A stretch of DNA of 11,779 nucleotides, from assembly GCA_022573895.1 (NCBI GenBank), contig JACZTB010000044.1, positions 1-11,779 on the forward strand, written 5' to 3'. The position numbers and the translations under genes were made by a program. The notes below the pieces were generated by a model, which was given only the letters and a program-made list of their open reading frames with translations, was not told where the DNA came from and made no database searches. This stretch comes from Nitrososphaerota archaeon (GTDB lineage: Archaea; Thermoproteota; Nitrososphaeria; Nitrososphaerales; Nitrosopumilaceae). Shown here piece by piece: positions 4,415 through 11,779 of this stretch. Each line of letters begins with the position of its first letter. Position 1 is the stretch's first letter.

Positions 4415-4618
4415 CTAGATTGCTTTTATTGTTTTTACTACAGGAGGTCTTACTTTTGTAAATACTCTAAATCCACAGATACATTTGATTTCAGGTAAGC
4501 GTGATAATTCAGTATTTGAAACATTCGTTGCACATCTAAGACAAGAGTAGATTACATCAAATGTCTCAACAGGAGTTTCTTCAACAGAATCAGAATCTTC
4601 TTCAACCATATTTATCAT
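4415..4618 (-). CDS. rpoP: DNA-directed RNA polymerase subunit P (RpoP / Rpb12 homologue)
   Basis: YSCLRC-x16-CICGFRVFTKVRPP...KAI matches the RpoP zinc-ribbon layout (Y-x-C-x2-C ... C-x-x-C-G-[YF]-[RK]-[IV] ... K-x-R), and it lies downstream of rps10. The ORF-track start at 4621 is TTG. ATG codons are at 4618 and 4609. TTAAATTA (reverse complement of 4630-4637) is centred 26 nt upstream of the ATG at 4609, so the true start may be 4609. Confidence 0.85.
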   Translation of the reverse strand: MINMVEEDSDSVEETPVETFDVIYSCLRCATNVSNTELSRLPEIKCICGFRVFTKVRPPVVKTIKAI

Positions 4619-4647
4619 CAAAATTTCGATAATTTAAGGATACCAAA

Positions 4648-4956
4648 TTATGTCAAAGATAATTCAATGTAGACATCGTCAGGAATTTTAAGCCTCATTA
4701 GTTGTCTAATTGCTTTATCATCTGCACTAATGTTTATAATTCTCCTATGCATCTTCATTTCCCATTTCTCATAGGTTTCAGTACCGCTACCACATGGAGA
4801 TTTTCTAGTAGCAATATGTAGTCTTTTAACAGGAAGTGGAGTAGGACCTTTTATTTTAACGCCAGTTTTTTTACCAATTCCCATTATTTCTCCACAAACA
4901 CCATCTAATTTTTTTAAGTTAATGGATGTGAGTTTTACGCGAGCGGTTTGTGTCAT
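4648..4956 (-). CDS. rps10: 30S ribosomal protein S10 (uS10)
   Basis: The 102-aa translation is a recognisable archaeal S10 (..GPTPLPVKRL..TRKSPCGSGTETYEKWEMKMHRR..). It lies 10 nt downstream of tuf, the conserved archaeal tuf-rps10 arrangement. Confidence 0.96.
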   Translation of the reverse strand: MTQTARVKLTSINLKKLDGVCGEIMGIGKKTGVKIKGPTPLPVKRLHIATRKSPCGSGTETYEKWEMKMHRRIINISADDKAIRQLMRLKIPDDVYIELSLT

Positions 4957-4966
4957 GAAAATATAC

Positions 4967-6265
4967 CTATGGTTTGTATTCTTCGGTAATTTCTTTGACT
5001 ATTCCTGCTGCGATAGTCGCACCCATATCTCTAAGTGCGAATCTGCCCATTTCAGGGAAATCTTGGAAAGTTTCGATACAGGTTGGTCTTACAGGTCTAA
5101 TTTTTACAATTGCTGAATCGCCAACTTTGAGGAACTTTGGATTTTCTTCCTCAACGGCACCAGTTGCAGGATTAATCTTTTGGAGGAACTCGGTAACAGT
5201 TGCTGCAACTTGTGTAGTGTGTGCATGCATAACGGGTGTATAACCAGGAGCAATTGCTGTGGGGTGATGAATAATTATAATTTGTGCTTTGAATTCTTTT
5301 GCAACCGTTGGTGGTGAATCAGGGGTTCCAAGTACATCTCCTCTCTTGATATCTTTCTTTTCAATTCCTCTCAAGTTAAAACCAATGTTGTCACCTGCTT
5401 CTGCTGATGACATTTCGGTGTGGTGAGTTTCAATTGATTTGATTTCACCTGTGGCACCAGAAGGCATTACAATTATTTTATCACCTGCTTTCATAGTTCC
5501 AGTTTCAACTCTACCTACAGGTACTGTGCCAACACCAGTAATGGTGTAAACATCTTGAATTGGAACGCGTAGTGGTTTACCAATTGGTTTTTCCGGTATT
5601 GTAAAGTCATCAAATGCTTCAAGGAGTGTCTTTCCAGTATACCATGGCATATTCACAGACTTTTTAACTAAATTATCGCCTTTCCATCCAGAAACGGGAA
5701 TAACTGCTACATTTTCTAATTTGTAACCTACAGATTTTATCAGTTTTTGACCTTTTTCTTTGGCAGTATTGAATGCTGCTTCAGTATAGTCGACAGAATC
5801 CATTTTATTGATTGCGATAATTAGTTGGCTTACACCTAATGTCTTTAGCAAGAATGCGTGTTCTCTTGCTTGTCCACCTGCTGCGATTGCAGTATCGGTT
5901 TCACCTTCTTTTGCTGAAAGTACTAAGATGGCTGCATCTGCTTCAGAAGCACCAGTAATCATATTTTTAATAAAGTCCCTGTGACCAGGTGCATCAATTA
6001 ATGTAAAGAAGTACTTTGCAGATTCAAACTTTTGGAAAGCAAGATCAATAGTAATACCTCTTTCTCGTTCATCTTTGATATTATCCATAACCCATGCATA
6101 CTTGAAAGTATCACCTTTTCCGGTCTTTTCAGATTCTACTGCATGTGCTGCGATTGTTCTTTCATCTACAACGCCTAAATCCATCAAGAAATGACCCATG
6201 GTTGTTGATTTTCCATTATCAATATGACCGGTTACAATCATGTTCAAGTGTGGTTTGTCTGCCAT
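4967..6265 (-). CDS. tuf: Translation elongation factor 1-alpha (aEF-1A)
   Basis: GTPase motifs GHIDNGKST (G1), DAPGH (G3) and NKMD (G4) are present and the architecture is full-length EF-1alpha. I place the start at the ATG at 6265-6263 (MADKPHLNMIVTGH..., 432 aa). The 52 extra N-terminal residues in the ORF-track entry are low-complexity read-through into the intergenic region and the fbp start. Confidence 0.97.
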   Translation of the reverse strand: MADKPHLNMIVTGHIDNGKSTTMGHFLMDLGVVDERTIAAHAVESEKTGKGDTFKYAWVMDNIKDERERGITIDLAFQKFESAKYFFTLIDAPGHRDFIKNMITGASEADAAILVLSAKEGETDTAIAAGGQAREHAFLLKTLGVSQLIIAINKMDSVDYTEAAFNTAKEKGQKLIKSVGYKLENVAVIPVSGWKGDNLVKKSVNMPWYTGKTLLEAFDDFTIPEKPIGKPLRVPIQDVYTITGVGTVPVGRVETGTMKAGDKIIVMPSGATGEIKSIETHHTEMSSAEAGDNIGFNLRGIEKKDIKRGDVLGTPDSPPTVAKEFKAQIIIIHHPTAIAPGYTPVMHAHTTQVAATVTEFLQKINPATGAVEEENPKFLKVGDSAIVKIRPVRPTCIETFQDFPEMGRFALRDMGATIAAGIVKEITEEYKP

Positions 6266-6395
6266 ATGGATTGCCTCTCTAAGGGCATTTATTAGCGTTA
6301 TGAATTTTTGAAAAAAACAATACTTTTTTTCAATTAATTTTAGATCAGAAGACTTTGCTGAAAGCACATAAATCAAAGAGGTAAAAAGGTGAATT
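6266..6395. promoter_or_regulatory. Divergent tuf / fbp promoter region
   Basis: TAATAAAT (reverse complement of about 6287-6294) is centred 26 nt upstream of the tuf ATG. CATAAAT (6367-6373) is centred 26 nt upstream of the fbp ATG. An AGGTGA Shine-Dalgarno-like hexamer at 6387-6392 is also present. Confidence 0.4.
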
Positions 6396-7532
6396 ATGAA
6401 GATTACAGTATCAGTTATCAAAGCGGATGTCGGCGGAGTTGGAGGTCATACAAAACCAAGTGATGGTTTAATTGAAGCAGTAAGAAACACTATCAAAAAT
6501 TCAGCAGATCTGTTAATTGATTATTACATTGGATATTGTGGAGATGACGTCCATATTGTAATGTCCCACACACATGGAATAAACAATCAACAAATTCACA
6601 AACTTGCTTGGGATTCATTCATGGCAGGAACCCAAGTTGCAAAAGAAGAAGGACTTTACGGTGCAGGACAGGATTTGTTAAAAGATTCTTTTTCAGGAAA
6701 TGTGAAAGGTATGGGTCCAGGTGTTGCAGAATTAGAATTTGAAGAGAGACAAAATGAAGCATTTACAGTATTTGCAGCAGATAAAACAGAGCCTGGTGCA
6801 TTCAATTATCCAATTTATAGAATGTTTGTAGACGCATTAAGTAATACAGGTTTGATTGTAAATCAATCACTCGCTAGTGGTGTTAAGATAAACATAATGG
6901 ATGTAGAAAAAGGGAAAATTGCTGAACTTGAATTGTGGCAAGATAAACCAACAATTGAAGCTGCACTGATGTATCCAGGAAGATATGTTGTTGATTCAGT
7001 CACTACAAAAGATGGAGAACCAATTCTTGCAGCATCAACGGATAGACTACACAACATTGCAGGAACATATGTTGGAAAAGATGATCCAATATTTCTGGTT
7101 AGAACACAAAAAAATTTCCCAGCTACAGAAGAAGTAGGTAGTGTCTTTAACAATCCACATTATGTTGCAGGAAATACAAGAGGTAGTCACAACATGCCAC
7201 TAATGCCTGTAAAACTAAACTCTGCAGCAACTATCAATTTCTGTATTCCAATTGTAGAGGCACTAGTGTTCAGTATGCACAATGGAAAGTTTACAGGTCC
7301 ATTTGATGGATTCTCAACTCCAGATTGGGACTACATCAGAGAAATTGCAACAAAGAAGGCAATGGCAATTAGAAGTCAAGGATTCATTCATCCAGCAACT
7401 CTTGTTCCGTCAGAATTAGAATATGCTGAAGGATACAAAGCAAGAATGAAAGTTCTTGAGAGTAAGATGAAACCAATGGAAGGATATACCTTCAAAAGTG
7501 AAAAGAAAGAAAATTACGAAGATCCAGATTAG
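6396..7532 (+). CDS. fbp: Fructose-1,6-bisphosphate aldolase/phosphatase (class V FBPase)
   Basis: The N-terminal hallmark is MKITVSVIKADVGGVGGH. The length of 378 aa and the overall sequence are typical of the archaeal bifunctional FBP aldolase/phosphatase family. Confidence 0.95.
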   Translation: MKITVSVIKADVGGVGGHTKPSDGLIEAVRNTIKNSADLLIDYYIGYCGDDVHIVMSHTHGINNQQIHKLAWDSFMAGTQVAKEEGLYGAGQDLLKDSFSGNVKGMGPGVAELEFEERQNEAFTVFAADKTEPGAFNYPIYRMFVDALSNTGLIVNQSLASGVKINIMDVEKGKIAELELWQDKPTIEAALMYPGRYVVDSVTTKDGEPILAASTDRLHNIAGTYVGKDDPIFLVRTQKNFPATEEVGSVFNNPHYVAGNTRGSHNMPLMPVKLNSAATINFCIPIVEALVFSMHNGKFTGPFDGFSTPDWDYIREIATKKAMAIRSQGFIHPATLVPSELEYAEGYKARMKVLESKMKPMEGYTFKSEKKENYEDPD

Positions 7533-7596
7533 GAATTTTGAATCGTACTAATCAAAGGAAAAAGTTAATAGAAAAAAGCATGTAACAAATTATGAA

Positions 7597-8007
7597 ATGA
7601 GTCATTTTCAAAAAATGGTTGATTGCAAGTTATACATTTTCACAGTAGTAATAGTAGTCTCATTTTCAAATTTTATGGTTGTTTTGTTTGGACATACCAT
7701 ACCTGGAATCTTTTTAACGTTCTTCAAAATGGCTGGTGAGTATGTGATTTTGGGAGCAGTTTTTGTTTTTGCACTAATTTGGCTTCTTAAAGCAAGACCA
7801 CACAATCGTCCAAAACAATATTCAGTGATAGTGTTTGATGTATTTGGGGAAAAGAGTCAAATCGATGGAATTAGAACTGAATTTAAAACATATGATGTTG
7901 CTTGGAGTTTTATGAAACAATACAAAAAAGAATATCCGCTAAACAACTTTGCGCTGGTTTCTGATTATCTAAAATCTGACAAACCGACGATTTTCAAATA
8001 TATCTAG
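7597..8007 (+). CDS. Hypothetical membrane protein (136 aa; two N-terminal hydrophobic helices plus a soluble C-terminal domain)
   Basis: ORF track; hydrophobic segments YIFTVVIVVSFSNFMVVLF and YVILGAVFVFALIWLL. TTAATA at 7565-7570 lies about 26-29 nt upstream. The start is uncertain because there are internal Met codons. Confidence 0.6.
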   Translation: MSHFQKMVDCKLYIFTVVIVVSFSNFMVVLFGHTIPGIFLTFFKMAGEYVILGAVFVFALIWLLKARPHNRPKQYSVIVFDVFGEKSQIDGIRTEFKTYDVAWSFMKQYKKEYPLNNFALVSDYLKSDKPTIFKYI

Positions 8008-8044
8008 TTTCAAACTTTTATTCATGATAACGTAGAGGATTAGG

Positions 8045-9811
8045 ATGGAGTTTTCTATTTTAGCTGACTCTTTTAACAAAATGGAATCAACTAGAAAAAG
8101 ATTAGAGTTAACACAGTTTCTAGTAGAATTATTTGAGAAAACCCCGGATGAAGTAATTTCTAAGATTGTGTACCTGTTACAGGGAAAACTAAGACCAGAT
8201 TTTGAAGGAATTGAACTAGGCGTTGCTGAAAAACTTGCAATAAGAGCCATTTCGAAGTCATCAGGAATTTCAATTAAGAAAATTGAAGATGAATATAGGA
8301 AAGAAGGAGATCTAGGACATGCAGCAGCTATAATACTAGAAAAAAAAACACAAACAACATTTCTGGTAGAAGACATTACAGTAGAAAGAGTCTATGAAAC
8401 ATTATTTAAAATTGCCAAGTTAGAAGGTACTCGCTCACAAGATATGAAGATAAAATACATCTCGAGTTTGTTGAATGATGCAAGCTCATTAGAAGCAAGT
8501 TACATTTTGAAGATTTTGTTGGGAGCTTTAAGATTAGGGATTGCAGAGAATACCGTAATGGATGCATTAGCAATTGCATTTTCAGGGAATAGGGATAACA
8601 GAAAAATTTTGGAATATGCATATAATGTCTCAAGTGATTTAGGAAAAGTTGCTGAGACTATAGCAACTAAAGGTCTTGAGGGAATTAAAAAATTTAAAGT
8701 TATTTTATTTAATCCAATCAGGCCAATGCTTGCTGACAGAGTAAAAAGTGAAGAAGAGGCAATTGAAAAAATGGGAAATAATTTTGCAGCCGAATACAAG
8801 TTAGATGGAGAAAGAGTACAGATTCACGTTGAAGGAGAAAAAGTTGTGTTGTTTTCTAGGAGTTTAGAAAACATTTCAAATTATTATCCAGACATTATAG
8901 AAAAAATTCCTAAAGCAATTCAAGCAGACAATGTAATTTTAGAAGCAGAAGCAGTAGCAATTAATGAAAATACGGGAGACTTTTTACCATTTCAAGAATT
9001 GATGCATAGGAGAAGAAAATACAAGATAGAAAAAGCAGTTACACAATATCCAATCACAGTAAATTTTTTTGATATTTTGTACTGTAATGGAAAAACCTGT
9101 TTAGAATTAGACTATAAAGATAGAAGAAAAAAACTAGAAAAGATTGTAAAAGAAGATGACTTTGTAAAATATATTCCAATGACAATAGTCAAAAATAATA
9201 ACGAAATTAAGGATTTTTTAGAAAATAGCATTAATGAGGGTAGTGAGGGGTTGATGCTAAAGATGCTTGACAAACCATATCAAGCAGGTTCAAGAGGAAG
9301 TAATTGGTTAAAGCTAAAAAGAGAATATCAAAATGAATTAGGAGACAGTTTAGATCTTGTTGTGATAGGAGGATTTTTTGGAAAAGGGAGAAGAACTGGA
9401 AGCTATGGAACACTACTACTTGCATCATATGATGAAGATGAGGATATATTCACCAGTATTTGCAAAGTAGGAACAGGGTTTTCAGATGAAGATTTGGATC
9501 AATTGTATCAAATTTTAAATCCAAAAGTTACAATCAAGAAAAATCCACGCATAGATAGTGAAATGGAAGCTGATGTGTGGTTTGAACCAGAATTAGTAAT
9601 AGAGATAGTAGCATCAGAGATTACAATAAGTCCAATTCACAAAGCAGCAAAAGATAGGATTAGAAAAGATGCAGGTCTTGCTTTGAGATTTCCAAAATTT
9701 ACTGGTAAGATTAGACTTGAAAAAGCAGTGGAAGATGCGTCTACAAATGAAGAAATTATCACATTATACAAAGGACAAAAAAAAGTAGCACACGATAGAA
9801 ATTTGATATAA
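8045..9811 (+). CDS. lig: ATP-dependent DNA ligase (Lig1 family)
   Basis: 588 aa. Adenylation motif I is EYKLDGERVQ, with the Lys codon at 8798-8800. Downstream motifs LEAEAV, EGLMLK and WLKLKREY are typical of archaeal/eukaryotic ATP ligases. Confidence 0.96.
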   Translation: MEFSILADSFNKMESTRKRLELTQFLVELFEKTPDEVISKIVYLLQGKLRPDFEGIELGVAEKLAIRAISKSSGISIKKIEDEYRKEGDLGHAAAIILEKKTQTTFLVEDITVERVYETLFKIAKLEGTRSQDMKIKYISSLLNDASSLEASYILKILLGALRLGIAENTVMDALAIAFSGNRDNRKILEYAYNVSSDLGKVAETIATKGLEGIKKFKVILFNPIRPMLADRVKSEEEAIEKMGNNFAAEYKLDGERVQIHVEGEKVVLFSRSLENISNYYPDIIEKIPKAIQADNVILEAEAVAINENTGDFLPFQELMHRRRKYKIEKAVTQYPITVNFFDILYCNGKTCLELDYKDRRKKLEKIVKEDDFVKYIPMTIVKNNNEIKDFLENSINEGSEGLMLKMLDKPYQAGSRGSNWLKLKREYQNELGDSLDLVVIGGFFGKGRRTGSYGTLLLASYDEDEDIFTSICKVGTGFSDEDLDQLYQILNPKVTIKKNPRIDSEMEADVWFEPELVIEIVASEITISPIHKAAKDRIRKDAGLALRFPKFTGKIRLEKAVEDASTNEEIITLYKGQKKVAHDRNLI

Positions 9812-9843
9812 TCATGCTCAAAAAATATCAGCAATCATGAGGA

Positions 9844-9850
9844 TTTAAAT
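9844..9850 (+). promoter_or_regulatory. TATA box (TTTAAAT) for the DUF47-like gene
   Basis: It is a near-consensus archaeal TATA element 26 nt (from its 3' edge) upstream of the ATG at 9876. T6/T5 runs at 9861-9875 probably also terminate lig transcripts. Confidence 0.4.
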
Positions 9851-9875
9851 TACCTGAGAATTTTTTGTTTTTGTT

Positions 9876-10529
9876 ATGTATAGTGGGGAACTTGAAGTTC
9901 AAGCAAAAAGAAAAGCCATAGCCGTTTTACAAGATGAAATTAATAGAATTCTAAATGCTGCCAGAGAACTTGGAACGCTACCTGAACTTATGATTAAAAA
10001 AGATAAGGCAGGAATCAAAAATGTACTAGAACAAATTTCGACCATTGAAGAAGAAGTAGAAAATCTAAGAAGAAAGATTACGCGAGAAGTAGCAGATGTA
10101 GGAGGATTGATCATGAATAGAGAAAATCTTCTCAATACAGCATATACGATGGATGAAATTGCAGGCTACATTACAGGTATCGCGTTTAAACTCTCAAACG
10201 TAAAACCAGCTACACTAAAAATTGCAAACCTAGACAAAGAGATTTCAAAATTGATTGAACTAGTTGTAGATGAAGTATACAAGCTAAATGAGATAATTAG
10301 AAGTCTTAATACAAACACTGCAAATGCAATTGAATTGGCTCAAGAAACACAGAAAATTGAAAGAGAAATTGATATCAAATACAGACAGGCTACAATTACA
10401 CTTCTAAATCAAGTATCAAACACTAAAGAATTGATGTTGATGAAAGATGTGATAGAAGGAATTGAAGAGATGGCAGACAAATGTCAACGAGTATCAGATT
10501 CTTTCATATTACTAGCACTAAGTCTATAA
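9876..10529 (+). CDS. DUF47 / PhoU_div-like protein (putative phosphate-transport-regulator family); function call tentative
   Basis: 217 aa, all-helical, with two internal halves that each carry E-x-E/D-rich helices (IEEEVENLRRKI... and IEREIDIKYRQ...IEEMADKCQRVSD), as in DUF47 proteins recalled from memory. TTTAAAT at 9844-9850 is a near-consensus archaeal TATA box about 26-29 nt upstream of the ATG. Confidence 0.7.
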   Translation: MYSGELEVQAKRKAIAVLQDEINRILNAARELGTLPELMIKKDKAGIKNVLEQISTIEEEVENLRRKITREVADVGGLIMNRENLLNTAYTMDEIAGYITGIAFKLSNVKPATLKIANLDKEISKLIELVVDEVYKLNEIIRSLNTNTANAIELAQETQKIEREIDIKYRQATITLLNQVSNTKELMLMKDVIEGIEEMADKCQRVSDSFILLALSL

Positions 10530-10629
10530 ATAAAACATAGCATTTTCCATTTTTACTTTATTTTCAATTCTTCAGAAACAACCATGCCCAACTAGAGAAT
10601 TCATATACGCTTAATGTGTAATAAGAATT

Positions 10630-11166
10630 ATGAAAAGTGAATTAATTGAAAATAGGATCATTGTTTGGAGTATTGATGATTCGCGTAAGCTTTTCAGCCA
10701 AGGATACTATGGAAAACCAATAGGCATTCCAAAACCAAAACTTGAAGAAATAGATGTTCCGCTAATTTTGGATCTAATTGAAGGGCTATATCTTTTAGAA
10801 AATAAGAAAATTACCATTACTAAATCAAAACAAAAAGTAACTATTGACAAAATGATTGAGATTTGTAAAAAAGAATATCATGATTTTGACAAAAAATATT
10901 TAGTTTACAAAAATTTCAGAGACAAAGGATACATCATCAATCCAGGAATAAAATTTGGTTGTGATTTTGCGGTTTATGAAAAAGGACCAGGAATTGATCA
11001 TGCACCGTACCTGATCCAAGTCTACAATAGAAATGATTCAATTACATCAACAGAAATTGTTCTTGCAGGAAGACTTGCAACTACAGTAAGAAAACAATTC
11101 ATTTTAGCAATTCCAAAAGGTAAAGACAAAATAGATTTTCTTGCTTTAGACTGGTGGAAAGCTTAG
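10630..11166 (+). CDS. endA: tRNA-splicing endonuclease, catalytic-type subunit
   Basis: 178 aa. GYYGKP is near the N-terminus. The C-terminal catalytic block is GCDFAVYEKGPGIDHAPYLIQV...TTVRKQFILA, which carries the Tyr/His/Lys triad positions of EndA. Confidence 0.9.
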   Translation: MKSELIENRIIVWSIDDSRKLFSQGYYGKPIGIPKPKLEEIDVPLILDLIEGLYLLENKKITITKSKQKVTIDKMIEICKKEYHDFDKKYLVYKNFRDKGYIINPGIKFGCDFAVYEKGPGIDHAPYLIQVYNRNDSITSTEIVLAGRLATTVRKQFILAIPKGKDKIDFLALDWWKA

Positions 11167-11540
11167 ATTGCTTTTATGTGACCAGCTATTCTATCATAAA
11201 TTGCAAAAAGTTCTTTGGTAATACCAAAAGCAAGATGATTATCCCATTTACTTCTAATTCTAACGGCTATCTCAGTGGGCTCGATATAGATAGTAGCATA
11301 TTTGATTGATTGTTTTGCAATCATTTCATTAAGTTCAACATCTTCATTTAGTTTTGAAGCTAAAATGCCGGGTCCATTCCATTCAACTTTAACAACAGTT
11401 TTTGCAGCAAAATGTCCTTTAGTAGTTAATTTTGTTTTTGCAAGATGATCTCCATCTGCCGTGCCAACATCCTTTCTTACAATAAAATGTGCTTGAAATT
11501 GGTCTTGTGCGCCCCAAGGAATTGGATTTGGATCTTGCAT
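11163..11540 (-). CDS. Hypothetical protein (125 aa)
   Basis: ORF track; ATG start 2 nt after the stop of the upstream minus-strand ORF. Its stop (TAA, reverse complement of 11163-11165) overlaps the endA stop (TAG at 11164-11166). No family recognised. Confidence 0.7.
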   Translation of the reverse strand: MQDPNPIPWGAQDQFQAHFIVRKDVGTADGDHLAKTKLTTKGHFAAKTVVKVEWNGPGILASKLNEDVELNEMIAKQSIKYATIYIEPTEIAVRIRSKWDNHLAFGITKELFAIYDRIAGHIKAI

Positions 11541-11542
11541 TT

Positions 11543-11779
11543 TTATCCCTTTTGAATAATTTGTATTACATCAATGTTAGAATTCTTGATATCAATACAT
11601 CCTCGATTAGTTATCATTCTAGGTGTTTGAGTAAAATATCTACCATAGTATTCATCTTTTTCAACATCATCGGTTCCAATTTCTTTGGATACTGAATCCA
11701 CTCCGATCTCACTTAACATACTGCTAAATTTTTCAGGCCATGTTTGATAGACAAATGTATCTGGCTCTGTATCATGCAT
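11543..11779 (-). CDS. Hypothetical protein, probably 5'-truncated by the window edge
   Basis: The ORF runs to the last base of the window, so the ATG at 11779 may be internal. Its stop lies 2 nt before the next gene's start. No family recognised. Confidence 0.55.
   Translation of the reverse strand: MHDTEPDTFVYQTWPEKFSSMLSEIGVDSVSKEIGTDDVEKDEYYGRYFTQTPRMITNRGCIDIKNSNIDVIQIIQKG

Noticed and set aside
4922-5243. Plus-strand ORFs 4922..5116 and 4974..5243
   Set aside because: They are antisense to the highly conserved rps10 and tuf genes, which makes them typical shadow ORFs.
6266-6421. 52-codon N-terminal extension of the EF-1alpha ORF, overlapping the fbp start
   Set aside because: The extension is hydrophobic and low-complexity, has no counterpart in EF-1alpha, and covers the divergent promoter region. 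The conserved protein begins at MADKPH (ATG at 6265).
6863-7805. Minus-strand ORFs 6863..7153 and 7608..7805
   Set aside because: They are antisense to fbp and to the 7597..8007 gene. They are Ser/Thr/Phe-rich shadow translations.
8340-8348. A9 homopolymer inside the ligase gene, as a possible slippage or phase-variation site
   Set aside because: It encodes in-frame EKKT in a conserved full-length ligase. Long A-runs are common in this A+T-rich, Lys-rich genome.
7969-9834. Minus-strand ORFs 7969..8376, 8406..8633, 8500..8799, 9231..9428 and 9637..9834
   Set aside because: All are antisense to the DNA ligase gene. Their Ser/Phe/Leu-rich composition is what the complement of a Lys/Glu-rich, A-rich gene would produce.
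4416-11177. Identical 14-mer TAGATTGCTTTTAT at both convergent gene junctions (4416-4429 and 11164-11177); both encode a C-terminal ...IKAI* on the minus strand
   Set aside because: My rough estimate for a 14-nt match in 11.8 kb of ~66% A+T DNA is about one by chance. There is no flanking similarity, so I treat it as coincidence unless a genome-wide scan shows it recurs at gene ends.
9899-11695. ORFs 9899..10135 (-) and 11489..11695 (+)
   Set aside because: They are antisense shadows of the DUF47-like gene and of the right-end operon.
1-11779. Search for tRNA, rRNA, CRISPR arrays, transposase/integrase genes and long terminal inverted repeats
   Set aside because: I found no G/C-rich cloverleaf-like segment or T-loop (GTTCRAATC) motif, no regularly spaced repeat array, and no recombinase-like translation in any frame I read.

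Overview
This is an A+T-rich archaeal chromosomal window, roughly two-thirds A+T by eye. The gene content includes a class V fructose-1,6-bisphosphate aldolase/phosphatase, an aEF-1alpha/S10/RpoP block, an ATP-dependent DNA ligase and a tRNA-splicing endonuclease. Together with the composition, this fits a Nitrosopumilus-like ammonia-oxidising thaumarchaeon; that is an inference from memory of these families, not a database result. From about 4.4 kb to the right end the window is ordinary, tightly packed housekeeping DNA: rpoP-rps10-tuf on the minus strand; fbp, a small membrane protein, lig, a DUF47/PhoU-like protein and endA on the plus strand; and a two-gene unknown operon on the minus strand that overlaps the endA stop. 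The left 4.4 kb is the unusual part. (i) Bases 100-1970 hold no credible ORF of 65 aa or more. They do hold micro-ORFs missed by the ORF track (a 59-aa single-TM protein and 51-aa and 33-aa zinc ribbons), a duplicated 19-27 nt segment, two identical operator-like inverted repeats, an enriched CATTTACAT motif, nested inverted repeats and two hairpin+T-run units. (ii) A divergent cupin/membrane-protein pair shares a structured promoter region. (iii) A run of small putative nucleic-acid-binding proteins follows: an unlisted 41-aa RHH, an internally triplicated zinc-ribbon protein and a tandem classical C2H2 zinc-finger protein. The last of these abuts rpoP stop-to-stop. I saw no rRNA, tRNA, CRISPR array, transposase or integrase. 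All functional calls rest on my own reading of the translations. Nothing here clearly constitutes a known defence or mobile system, and the candidate novelties are hypotheses that need transcriptomic and homology checks.
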